From assembly GCA_030390025.1 (NCBI GenBank), contig CM059427.1, positions 22,568,001-22,632,000 on the forward strand: a stretch of 64,000 nt of DNA. Direction: 5' to 3'. The notes under the pieces were generated by a model that worked only from the letters and a program-made list of their open reading frames with translations, was not told the origin of the DNA and made no database searches. The translations under genes and the position numbers were made by a program. Within the stretch, counting starts at the first letter, position 1. Every line of letters starts with the position of its first letter. Of the stretch, positions 28,290 through 40,200 are shown piece by piece. The stretch comes from Squalus acanthias (Eukaryota).

Positions 28290-28797
28290 CTTGGTTAAGG
28301 TGGAGCTTTTTCATCCAAGGGTATATCTGCATCTGCTGTGCTGGATCCTTGTCTAGTTGCCCACCTTCTGGTTTGGGGCTGTTCGTCCCCTTTTGATGCT
28401 CATCGGTAACCGGCGATGGGTCCTGGCTACCGCTGTATGAGTGACTGGGCTCTGTGATAGTAGCCCCCGTCTTAATAGCACTGTCTGATGGGCTTATTAA
28501 AGATCCCGAGCAGAAGGCAGGATCAGGAGACTTAGTTCTCACACCAGATGAGCTATGAAAGGTGTTACTTGCTGTTTGCAGGTAGTTAGTAGACCTTTCA
28601 CTGTCTCCACACAGATTTGAGTTAGAGCGAGTCATGCTGAGGTCTATCCCGGTGTAATCATAGCCATACCTGGCGGAGAGCATCGTCGACTCCCTGAAAT
28701 GCTCGCCCACAGACGCAGCATTTCCATAACTCTGCAACTGATAATCGTGGCCATTTTGGTAGCGACCTGAGAAGGAGTTTAAAAAGTAGGAACTCAT
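28290..28797 (-). CDS. HOXD5: Hox-D5 exon 1
   Basis: [21 protein letters not shown]...[11 protein letters not shown]...[13 protein letters not shown], donor G|GTACGC, phase 1. Confidence 0.95.
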
Positions 28798-28939
28798 CTG
28801 CCTTTTAGGGGTTTGATTTGTGGTTCTTAGACGTTTATTCGCCACTAGACCGCGCGATATATAATGAAATATGGAAATAAAAGGCACATGTCATTTCTCT
28901 GCCTCCTACGTATGCAACCAAATATGGGACACAAGTTTA

Positions 28940-29000
28940 GATCACGTGCTTTTGTTGACCAGTCGTAAATTCTTGTGCCTGACCCTGGGGGTAATTCATG
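28940..29000 (-). promoter_or_regulatory. HoxD5 proximal promoter element
   Basis: GAATTAC...ATTTACGACTGGTCAACAAAAGCACGTGAT, the conserved Hox5 promoter motif with an E-box. Confidence 0.7.
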
Positions 29001-30779
29001 CAGTGAGAATACTTGCTGTGATTTAGCGAGCCTTGTCCTACAGCGCCTCCTGCTGGCAAACATGGAGAAAACCAGGCCCATAATCAACAAAGCAAAATCG
29101 AAAGAGGCTTTGACGTACACACGGTTTGCTACGGTTTCTTCGGAATGGGTTCATTTTTTTTAAATGGTTCAAGCTTTAAGTTAAGAGAATTGTTAGTTAT
29201 GAAAGCTGCTTGCTGTTATCCGAAATTATGCATTATGTATCTGTCGACATGTATTGGAGCACACACGCAAAATGTTTCTGTAAATACAAAAATCCTGTTT
29301 AGTGATTTTATTAGTGTATGCGCTCGTGTACAGTACAGGTGTAAAGTGCTTGGCAGAATTGTCATATGTTGACGTGTTCTATACAACTACATAGAGCCTT
29401 TACATTTTATGCGATGCTTTTATTATGGAAAATTGTAGCACAATAATTCAACATATTTTGGAGCACAATTAACACCTCTTTTTTCTAATTCAGTTGAATT
29501 AGAACACCTTTCTTTCGTATTAACTGTGTACTTGACCCCTTAGTTTGATGTTTACTGTAAATAAATAATTTGATTCGTGGCGAATTGCCTGATGGAAATA
29601 AATCATAAATATTCGCAGTAATTATTACTACTGAAAAAATCAGATTGCGATTTTTGCTCAAACGGGTTGGGATTTTTAGATCCTTTTTCTTGTGGGAAAC
29701 GACGCCGTGGAAATTATTTTGATCGAAAAACTTAAATATACGATTCACAGGTAGCCTCTCCACACTTGCACACACTGCCCGCGGCACGAGAGTGATTGGA
29801 ATGTATTGTTTTCGTAGAACACTGCGCATTAGTTATATATCTTTACAGATTGTGCATTAAAAACCGGCTTTACAAAGTTTCCCATTAGCTTTTATTTGCA
29901 AATACGTGGTCCGTCTTTTGGTGTCCCTTGCCCACTAAAGTCAGGATTCTACATAAAGTATTTGTTTTCTGTTGTCATCAGGTACTGGTTTAAGAAAGAA
30001 AGGATTAACGCTATATGTTACTTTGTGACTGGTTAAGTCGACGCCGACACCAGTCTCGACAAAACAACATACCGAAAAGCTAAGCAGAAGTGTGTTATAC
30101 ACTTACTTTTATTTTCATTGTGCAATTCTTTGTGACCTTTATTGCGGTTTTCCCTTGTACAATCTACATTTTACACTATGGCGGGTGGTGGTATTTTCAT
30201 AAGCCTCTGAGGTCTGATGTACACTCCAATATACAAGCTGAGGCCATTTAATTAATCCGTACCGGAAGAGAGTCTTCGTCAAATATATACAACTTTCGAA
30301 AACGAATGGTGCAGATTGCAGGGACTGCACCTTTGGTCCGGTGTCTTTCTGTGCAGGGATAGTTTCGCGGTGCAGTATTCTACTTTAAACAAATCGAACC
30401 AGTTCGATCTGGCTAGAAATGCAGGAAAACTGCGAGGGCAATAAATGTAATATTTGAAAAAAGCATTTGTCTTTTCCGTTTTGATTAATAGGCGGATTAT
30501 AAATCCTAGAAACTGCTCCGGAACGGCGCAATTTAGAGAGGGGTAATGATGTCAAAAAGCGACTGCAGTAATTCGGGCCTGAAGAACTTTACAAAAGTCC
30601 ATCTATAATCGCAGTAATATTTAATACATGTGGATTACATTTATATGTTGCTGGTTGTTTTTTATGGAAATAAAAATGGGTGTTCCCATAACTACTTGTG
30701 TAAGTGAATTATTAAGCAATAAAATAGGATTCTCCGGTTATTTGGCTGCCCCACCCCACACACACTTGGTTTATCATAC

Positions 30780-30887
30780 GAACCAATATTTGATTTATAC
30801 GCTATGGCAGAAATATATTTACAGTATTTACTGCGTCGTCTTGTAGCGCTGTACAATCGAGGTATTTGTGCTCCTTTGCCTGATGCT
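30780..30887 (-). pseudogene. Possible highly decayed homeobox remnant (HoxD6-like)
   Basis: Gapped similarity to GRRGRQTYTRYQT and IKIWF codons at the position expected for Hox6 exon 2. Weak. Confidence 0.25.
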
Positions 30888-32082
30888 TATCACCGGAGTA
30901 TTTAAGAACAGGAGCGCTAAAGTATTGCAAAATAATTCAAGCCCAAGTATATTCCAAAGAAGATAGTATGCAATCAGGAACTGTATAAACAGGGCCCAAC
31001 CTCCACTGTTTTCAGCGCGAGAGTTAGAACGGCAGCCGTAAAACTGCATAGTTCCGAGTTATTGGGATGGTCTCAGGATTACAGTTTCAGTGTAGGCCTC
31101 GATTGAAAGTGTAGTGATTCTAGATACTACATCATATACTACAACTTATAGCGTGCGATTCGTTAAGCTTAAGTACATGAAAATGTAATATTTTAGCAAG
31201 TATATTTTAGATAAAATGCCATAATATAGGGTTTGGTTTTAGTTGTCCTTTGTGAACTTTGATTTGTGTGCCTCCCTTGTAATTCTGAGCTAAGAACGTA
31301 GTCGCTACACAGTCCAACTGACTCTGTCTAACGCTCGTAAATCTAACCTTGCCGCAGCCGCCTGACAGTCGGTGGAAGAAATATTGTCTTTGTCCTGTAC
31401 TAACAAATCAGGCCGCTCTTACACAACACCCGATTGAATAGTATGGTTTCTAGTGCTGAGTGGAGCGAAAATAAAAATATATATATTTTCCAGGCTACTG
31501 CCCCTTTGTAACCCTGAAACTTTTGAAACAGAATGGCCAGTATTGAAACATTTTACCCTTACACTGCACGCGATTGTGGATCATGTTCATACTGTGGAAT
31601 GAGCAAATCATTGCGTGCAGCACATACCAATTAATTTTTGTTGATTTTCACTTTACAGTGTGTTCGCCCTTGTAATAAATTCAGGAGAAGATCGCGGTCT
31701 GGAAATACGTTTGTTTGTCAACCCTGTGAGGAGAGAGCTGTCTCTGGAATCGCAATGGATTATTCCCGTTAAACTCCAGATTCAATCTGATGGGGAGTGT
31801 TTGGATTATGAATTGTTTACATTTACAAATTTATGTTAAAAGGACTGGAAAAGCAGCGTTATTAATTCAGAAGTGCTAAACGCTGTTGGCGATCAGATTA
31901 ACTTTTGACAGATGTTAATTGAAAAGATGTTTCCATTAAATGGTTAATTATAATATTTTGCTATTGTTATATTGGAATAGTTTGGAAATGAAAAATGCGT
32001 ATTGTCGGTGTAGAAAGTGTATTGCGAGTATAACTCCAGCGTTAAGCTTCCAAATAGACCGCTGGATACTGGCTGTAGATCA

Positions 32083-32108
32083 GCATACACATACACACAC
32101 ACACACAC
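32083..32108. repeat. (CA)n microsatellite
   Basis: catacacatacacacacacacacaca. Confidence 0.85.
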
Positions 32109-34336
32109 AAAATAGTGTCCCTGTTAAGCATTTTAGTACTTTTAGCAAAAATACGGACTAAGTGATCTTGAAGAACATAAATTAGATAATTCGACCTTAA
32201 AGATTGTCACTGGCATTGAGATTTGCAAATTTGCGTTTTCTGATTATTATATTTGTAATTTGGTTTTTCGGTTCAGTTTTATTTTTAATGTGTTTATATT
32301 AAATTATGTCTTGTCAAGAAGAAAACATCTAGGAAATCACAAATCAGCTTTTTATTGTATGCTAAAAAGCGCAGAGTGTAGCTATCGCATAACTCCCGCT
32401 AACCAGCTTGAGTTTATTGAAAAATATATCTAAAACAAATATTTATCTCGTTTGATTTTTTAACTGAGACGAAAAGAGCTTAATTAATAATATCTGCATA
32501 AGAATTATTGCAGTGAACCCAGACGATGCATTGACAATTATATGAAAACACACTATGTTACCCAATTAATGACAATTGCTGCGTGAAAATTGAGGTGAAA
32601 ATGAAACTGCTTTCTCAATAGAGAAAATAGCACTATGGACTTCAGCTTCTCCAATCTGATATAAATCGAGTATTATACATTTCTGTTTGTAGACCTTGTC
32701 TAAAAATAGACAGTTAATATCCGAATATTTACGATGTGATAAAGAATAATTATGACTTGGTTACAAATGTTACGATATCATTAAACGTTTATTTGGTTCT
32801 AGGAACACTTTGTGACCTTATTTCTTGCAGCCCGAGTTTCATTTCGACAAGGTACCTGTTGATCTGTGCGATGGATATAGGCACATGTAGATCAACGGTT
32901 TTCAAATCAGTCTTCATTTGCAAATATATACCGGATGCTAATAGCGAATTAACATCACTATAATTATACGCCATACGGATGATCAAACTAATATATTGTC
33001 ATTTTATCTGCTTCCAGTAAATAATCTGGAGACTGAAGGACGAACCACTTTATAGTCAAATGCCAAACACGACAATTCATTTCAAGTGGATGTAATTAGA
33101 AACTCCCTTGTTCAACTCTGATGTTAAGTTAGAAAAATCATGAACAATCCTCTCCGAGTACTTAATCCCCGGAAATACAAGCAACTGCCTTGGAAAAAAT
33201 ATAACAATAATAGACATATTTATTGATAAATTCATCTCTTGCTAACTCGCATGTCCTTGTTCTGCGCATATTTCCGCAGCAAGCTGTTGCAATTAAATAG
33301 TTAATATTGAGAAATAAGTGACAGGGGAAGTAAAGGAGCGCTATGTTTTTCTAGTGACTGCTCTGCTTTGCATTGTGAAAGCACTAAGGTGGGGTTGGGG
33401 CTATTTGTACCAAATTAAAGACATTCCCCAGGATGCAGACCTTATGGTTTTTATAAACTATACAATCCAAATTGGGTACAACTTGTTGCAGGAAATAAAT
33501 CATCAGATGGACGAACTGATACTGTTTACAGCTATGACAAAAAGCGCAGTGTTAGAAACATCTACTGAATCCCCACTCATTACTAGCATATTGAAACCAC
33601 AAGTCTGATATCGACTGCAGGATAATTACTGTAAGGGTACCTCTCATTTGTGCAAAGTACTGTCACGTGGTGAAATATCATTAAGATGTTAGCCAAACAT
33701 TTCCCTAAAAGTCTGATAGTTTCTTGGGGTTTCTAAAGCTAATGATTACTGCATGGAATTATTAGGATCATTAGCACAACGTGTATCATTCGTCACTACA
33801 GCATTTCCTTAGACAGCGCAAAAGAGTTCAACTAATGTCCTCGTCTGCAAGATACCAAATAACGTGGAAAACCACATATCTGCGAAAACAGAGTAAAACC
33901 GGCAATCACCGGGCATCACTCCTGCAAAATAACAACAACAGTAGCGCTACTAGTAATTATTATTATTATAATCGTCCCACGGGTAAATTACGCAATCCGA
34001 TTGCTCTCCACTGTGAATCATAGGCACAAATGTCAGCTGCCTTGTGGCGAAGCTTTCATATCAAAAATAGGCACGAATCGCAACTCTCCGTCTTATTGCG
34101 GAAAATAAATATTTAATTAATCTGCACCACAGCCACCATTTGAATTCACTCGACCACCTGGACCTGGGTAGAATGTGCCGTTTTAAAATCAGTCTTGTTG
34201 TTTGTTCATTTATGTCGAACACTCCTCGACCTCCAAAACAGCTGCCTAGACCCCAACCAACGAATCCAACGCCGTTCCCTCCTATGTACAACAGTGCTAT
34301 CTGCAACAACAGAGCAGGGGAAAGCACAGCACTTAC

Positions 34337-34800
34337 CGCTCTCAGGGCGCTTCCCCAGAATAGTAACCAGGTGGATGTTGTATTCCATTTGTAATTGATC
34401 GATTAATAAAATAACTTAAAAAAGGTAAAGCGAATTGAAGGGTAAATGAAAGACTGTTAGCAGACGTCAGAGGTCTGTGAGAGTGATCAGATTGCTAAAT
34501 CCCAGCATGAGTCGAATGACTTCCTCATAGTTGGACAGAAAAGGACTGAACACCGCGAACACAGCGGAAAGTGTCCTTTTTTGCAAGCAGCTGGCGCCAA
34601 ATACCAACGACAAAAGCAGGCAAGGGGAGATACTGACAGAAAAGACGGTTTGAGACGAGTTAGCAGCGGAATGCAGTGAAATATTCACAAGGGAAATCAT
34701 GAAAAGGCCATGAACGCAGTTACTAGATTCACATGACCAAAGCCAACCAATAGGAGCGCCGTCTCCGTCGTAAAAGGTCCATTACAAAGTTGTAAATTTT
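34337..34800 (-). promoter_or_regulatory. Orphan Hox-type promoter cassette plus non-coding exon (probably the H8/7-6 four-cluster element)
   Basis: TTTACAACTTTGTAATGGACCTTTTACGAC...CTATTGGTTGGCTTTGGTCATGTG, then donor GCG|GTAAGT at 34337/34336. No adjacent coding exon. Confidence 0.6.
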
Positions 34801-36924
34801 CTTCAAACAAAAAGGAATTCGCAGCAATTCCTTGCGGATTTCGCAAGTACAGCTCGCAAGCGCCATGTTTCCTTTAACGAGTTCTTTGCTACAGCTATTT
34901 GCTGTAATGTGTATTGTAACGAACGCCTTAACCAACTATACAGGCGGAAGTGCAGCAACAACATAAACAAAAAGGGAAATATTTCCACTGCAGTGGGCAT
35001 TTCACAGTACACCAATCAAACCCCTACAATTTGTTTGAAAATCTATACTTTTTTAGTTCATGTTTTAAATACGTCAAGTACGTTTAAAAACTAGTTCTAC
35101 AAATAATTAAACGTGTAACGATCACAATATCTAATGTTGCCAATTATGAATCAGACAGCTTATTCGTTTTGTTTGGACGTGATGTTCTGAGACCATCCGA
35201 TATAGCCGAGTTAAGAGTCGAAAACAAACGAACCTGAAGCGTGTTTGGCTACTGAAGAAATATCAAAACTACGGCGGTTGCCTTCCTTCAAATAACAATC
35301 AATAATAAAAGCAATGTGTCAACTTATTATAAATGTTCCATGGTGCATTCTACACAGGTGAGAAACTGGAAGTTAAGGATCAGCAAATCTAGCTATCTGT
35401 TTACACATCGTACCTCAATTTCTAATCACAATGGAACATTGCATTATACTCCTCGTGTTTCCAGTGTAGGGGAGAAAATTACCCTATAAAGTAAAATAAC
35501 AACACATCCCAGTAGTCAATAAGAATTGGGTTAAATGGATAAAATAGCTTCGTCGCTGGGTAAATATATTCAGCATGAATGAAAGTGTAAATGGTTTGAA
35601 TCAGTTCTTTCGGTGATTGTGCAGGACCATTCCCTTTACCGGCAGTGAGCGGGCTCGGCAACTAATGTTAAATTCACGGGAACCGCATTCATTAGGAAAA
35701 AAAGATGATGGCTGGTAGATATTTGATATTCGAACTTTCTACCTAACCCCATATTTCCCGCGGGTTTAACTCTGGAGAAAGGATAACAGTTGGCTGTCTC
35801 TGGTCTAATGCTTTGAAGTGATCTTACGGGGAAAATACAGAACCGCCTGCTAGAAATGTACGTGTCTAAGCGCCGATTTCTCAAACTTCATTTATGAAAA
35901 CGATAAACCGCTAGAAACGTTAGACCAAAAATAAAATGCAATATGAATAAAACGTTAAACCTTGTAAGTTATCCTTACTCTGGTTCCGAAAGATGTTTTT
36001 CTGGGGTGGGGGGTGGAGGGATTTCGGCAGAGGTTTGAATAGAAAAAAAACAAATGAACGGGCTTGAAGAACCCAGAGAAACCTTTTACAAGGATTCATA
36101 AGGAGCATTTTTTAATGCATGTCGCAGCATTTCTGGCAATTTTTGATCTACATTGTCTGCTAAAATCTATGCAAGTATGACGCTTAACGCCCACGTCAAA
36201 GGGCTGATTCCACCCAAAAGCCTCTTCCTTGTGTGCACCATTCCTTCAGTGAAAGCGCGGAGGTGCTTGCCATTCCTATCATCTAATAAGACTATCGATA
36301 AGGCCCAGCTCTGCCGTAATTGGTGACCGCGATTGCGGCAAAGACCCGTAATTGATTGTCCAATTTGTAAATGGCAGCGGATGCAAAAATAACTTTTTAT
36401 TTATTTCATTCTTTGGTTTAGAACTTTTTGTAACAGATTTGATGAAATTTTAAAATAAGTGTTCTTTCCAAAAAGGAGCTCAGATCACATATCATATTGA
36501 AAAAAACCATCTGGTTAAAAAGCAAGAGAGGCTTGTGAAAAACTATTAAAAGTTTGCGAAAAGACCACCCCCCGGCACGAGAATGCAATTTCAAAAATAA
36601 AACCCTGATATTACTTTACTTATAGTTGATTTATTCTCTGAAATTATTTATCTACGTTATAGTCGGGCACCCTTGTGATATACAATACATTTCACAAAAT
36701 GTATTTGTATTAAAATAAAGTATGATGCCATCGAGATTAGGATACATAAAATAGACACTTTAAAGTCTGACAAAACTGGAGTTTTCAAACTTCGCTGTTG
36801 TCCGTCTGAATGAGTCCATTGGCACTTCATATGGCCACCTACACCTGATGGAATGAGGACATTGTCAGAATATGACGCCTGGTTATGTAATATATTATTA
36901 TATTCGATTACAAGTCTGAAATTG

Positions 36925-37510
36925 TTTCGTAAATCAGAGATCTTAATATCATCGCTGTGTTATCAGAGTGGATTCTGGAGTCCGCTGGTAAAATGTGTAC
37001 TGTTATCTTTAGTTCTTCAAATAATCGCGCGGTTTTGATTGTTTGCACAACATTTGAAGTACAATGTTTGCTTTTTTTTCTTCTAATTGTTTCCTGTTTG
37101 TTCTTATCAATATTTTTTCTTTATTTAGGCTTATCATCATGCGCAAAGGAAAGGTGGAGATAGAAAATTGCCAGTTCCGATGGTTAGGGTTTATATGCCC
37201 ACTGATCCTGTTAAAGTTTAGATGTGGCTTGATCGCTGCTTAAGTAAAGTTTAATGGAAAGGCAGACGGTTACTTCGACCACTGAAGATTCTGCTTCCGC
37301 CCTCAGCCTTTAAACCAGAAAAGAATAAATTGGAACCCAGAAGTCCACAGTTTGCCGAGTGATTTGTAGTACTAGAACTTTTATTGTCGGTTTTACGAGA
37401 TTTGTTGATATACGTGTACAGTAGACCGCAGTTTAACACCAACCACTAGCTTTTACAGCGTCGTTTTAGCCACACATGAGCCAGGCATGTGATCTGACTA
37501 GCCAATGGTC
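36925..37510 (-). pseudogene. HoxD7 relic: promoter, 5' UTR and decayed exon 1
   Basis: TGGTGTTAAACTG...TATATCAACAAATCTCGTAAAACCGACAATAAAA...CTACAAATCACTCGGCAAACT-GTG resembles the HOXA7/HOXB7 leader, with ATG replaced by GTG at 37348. CCAAT and E-box upstream. No intact reading frame. Confidence 0.75.
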
Positions 37511-38127
37511 ACTCGAAAGACATTTAACTTGGGGCATAGATAAACTAATATTCTAATCATCAGCCATATCATTAACTTTTATAACTACATATAAAGAATT
37601 ACGCCATCTTCGGGCTTTTGCATCGAACGAACAGAGTTGCGGTGCTGTATGGCAGACGTACACCTTGTGGCCACAGGGATAGACAAACAAAATTAAAATA
37701 CATCTGATTTAACCTTACAGAAAATACTCGAAACAGCCACAGATCGCTGGCAAAATAGTGATCCAGCGATCTCAGCTGATTATTTCAATAAGAGCACAGT
37801 GATTTTCTATCAAATGAATTACTTTTATTTTCTTTGGGATACTGGTCGTAAAATGAAACAAGTACACAGTTAAATTGAATCAACATTTATTAATTTAATC
37901 ACATTCGACCATCATAAAAAGTGACTATTGCTGCGGAATACCTTGTAATTTTTTTTGCTTGTGTTTATAATATGCGTATCGGAGAATAGTTAATGGTTGA
38001 GAATTTCCAGCCGCAATACACCACCAATTAGTTTACACGCACAGTAATTAAGACACATCGCAAGTGCACCTTTTTTTCTATCATTAATTAAGTGTGTTCG
38101 CATTACATTCCAAATAATCCGTTCTAT

Positions 38128-38148
38128 TAGGCAGTTCATGTTGTTGGG
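38128..38148 (-). promoter_or_regulatory. Near-perfect miR-196 complementary site in the HoxD8 3' UTR
   Basis: mRNA sense CCCAACAACAUGAACUGCCUA pairs with miR-196a along its whole length, apart from one G:U and one bulged miRNA U. Confidence 0.9.
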
Positions 38149-38541
38149 TATAATCACAAAATGCTAAATAAAATCAACAAACTAAATCAATCACGATATC
38201 ATTTCATATTTTCGTCCTATTAAAAAAGCAATAAAATCTTTATTCAAAATGGCTATTTCTTCTGCGATTTTGCCGCTTTCCACTTTTAAAGGGAGTTGCA
38301 AAATTCTATAGGACGGTTGATACTCTATCTGTCGGAGTGTGATTGAAAAGGTTAAAATGATGCACACAGACCTCATTAGAAAGAATGTCGAATTAAGGCT
38401 CTAAAGAAATTCAAAAACAGGTGGACTGTTTACACAAAACTAGCCATCAATGTGCTGGAGGATTCATTCTGATCAACACGGTTAACAGTGGAATTGGCAC
38501 AAACTGAATGAGGTTTTGCTTTGAGGCCAAAGGGGGTAAAG

Positions 38542-38837
38542 TTACTTGGTCTCCTTTTCTGTTGTCTCCTGCTCAGGCTCTTCCTGTTCTTTCTTGACCT
38601 CTTCCTCCTCCTCGTCGTTCCGAGAGGTTGGGAATTTATCTTTGTTGTTTTCTTTTTTCCATTTCATTCTCCTATTTTGAAACCAAATCTTCACCTGTCT
38701 CTCAGTCAGTCCCAGAGCATGTGAAACCTCGATCCTTCGCTTTCGAGTCAGATACGGGTTGAACAGGAATTCCTTTTCGAGCTCCAGCGTTTGGAACCGG
38801 CTGTAAGTTTGTCTCCCTCTGCGTCTGCCGGGCGCTG
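38542..38837 (-). CDS. HOXD8: Hox-D8 exon 2 (homeodomain)
   Basis: [70 protein letters not shown]... Tandem acceptor TAG|CAG|. Spliced product 240 or 239 aa. Confidence 0.97.
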
Positions 38838-39060
38838 CTAAAGAACACCAGAAAGACAAGAAACAATCAACAGCGGATACAATGCACACAATCAAAGAAC
38901 GACAGACTAGCAACAAGGGCAACAATCTTTGCTTTGCTCGGCACTGCTACACAAAGAAAGTGTTCCTATAAAAGCCGACTATTACAGATAGCGTTAAACA
39001 CCTTGGCGGTGTAACTGAACAGTAAAACGTGAGATGGAAGCTAATTTTAATATATCCAAC

Positions 39061-39487
39061 CTTGAGGTCTCATCCAGGGAAACATTTGAGTAGGAGACGA
39101 GTTCTGATTTAAGTGCTCTGGTTCCTCGCCAATATTACTGCTAGACGATTTACAGTCAGGATATTGTACCAGATCGGCCTCTTGCTGTGTCGTAAAAATT
39201 TGCTGTCTTTGTAAGTTATCGTATCCGTAAAATTTAGAGGGGTCACCATGACACGTAATTCCACAAGGATTCTGTTGAAAGCCAGTATTAGGAAGTGCTG
39301 ATGTCCCATGATGGTAAAATTCTTGAACTTGAGCTGGGTGCTGGAAGCTGGCGCCGCTGCTGGGACCATAGACCACAGCGTGTCTACTGGTCACGTCTTG
39401 GGGAAACCGGCAGTCGTAGTAAGTGGGACTGAGGGCTTCTCCTGGCTTGTACTTGGAGTAGAATGGATTTACAAAATATGAACTCAT
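39061..39487 (-). CDS. HOXD8: Hox-D8 exon 1
   Basis: [17 protein letters not shown]...[13 protein letters not shown], donor G|GTTGGA, phase 1. Confidence 0.96.
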
Positions 39488-40128
39488 CTGTGCAGACTCT
39501 AGAATGGCCAATGAATATCAACAAATTAAATGTTAAACAATACTGGAGTGATGTTATTGGGTTCCCCGGTCTACACAGTGCTCATGATGGCAATGCAGGT
39601 CCAGTGTGCACTGATGCCCCGTGGAACATACTCGCTAATACTGTAGGTACACAACTGCCTCACTGCTTTGGCTGCTACACTTTGAAACCGCAGCTCAGTT
39701 CGAAGCCAGCTGAGGAGAGCTTTGACTGCCGTTTACAGTTACCGCTTTCGCGGGCAACACGTCTGTACTGGGAAATGATATTTTTTTAAAAGTAGAGGGC
39801 ATACAGATCGGAAAAAAAAGATAACATGCGGATTAATATATTCAGCACACTCTCATTACAATTAGGCGGGCCGCATCACAGAAAACATGAAATACGTGCG
39901 CCACTCAGCTGAAGAGAGATGAAGCTGGCCCGGTTACAGCACAGCAATTAGATTTTAGAGCACAACAAGGTGAGACTGGTCTCAAGGTCAAGACATAGCC
40001 AAAAATGGGGGGGAAAGGCCAGAGGGCTAAAAGGCTAAAGTTAGAATTAAGAGCAGGGATTATTTTGTACTGGCTGTTTCTGTAAATCTTGTAGAATCTG
40101 CGTGCGTCTGTCACTCTGCCTATCCAGC

Positions 40129-40200
40129 TTATATATATATAATTATATATTTAATATATATATTTATATATTTATTTATATTTACATACATAACTATATT
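40129..40200. repeat. AT-rich low-complexity tract
   Basis: Nearly pure A/T, degenerate (TA)n/(TTTA)n. Confidence 0.8.

Noticed and set aside
35790-35915. Possible HoxD7 exon 2 traces (TTTCTAG acceptor, TCACTTCAA...GACCAGAGA resembling HFN..LTRR)
   Set aside because: The position is plausible, but the similarity is too short and gapped to separate from chance without a computed alignment.
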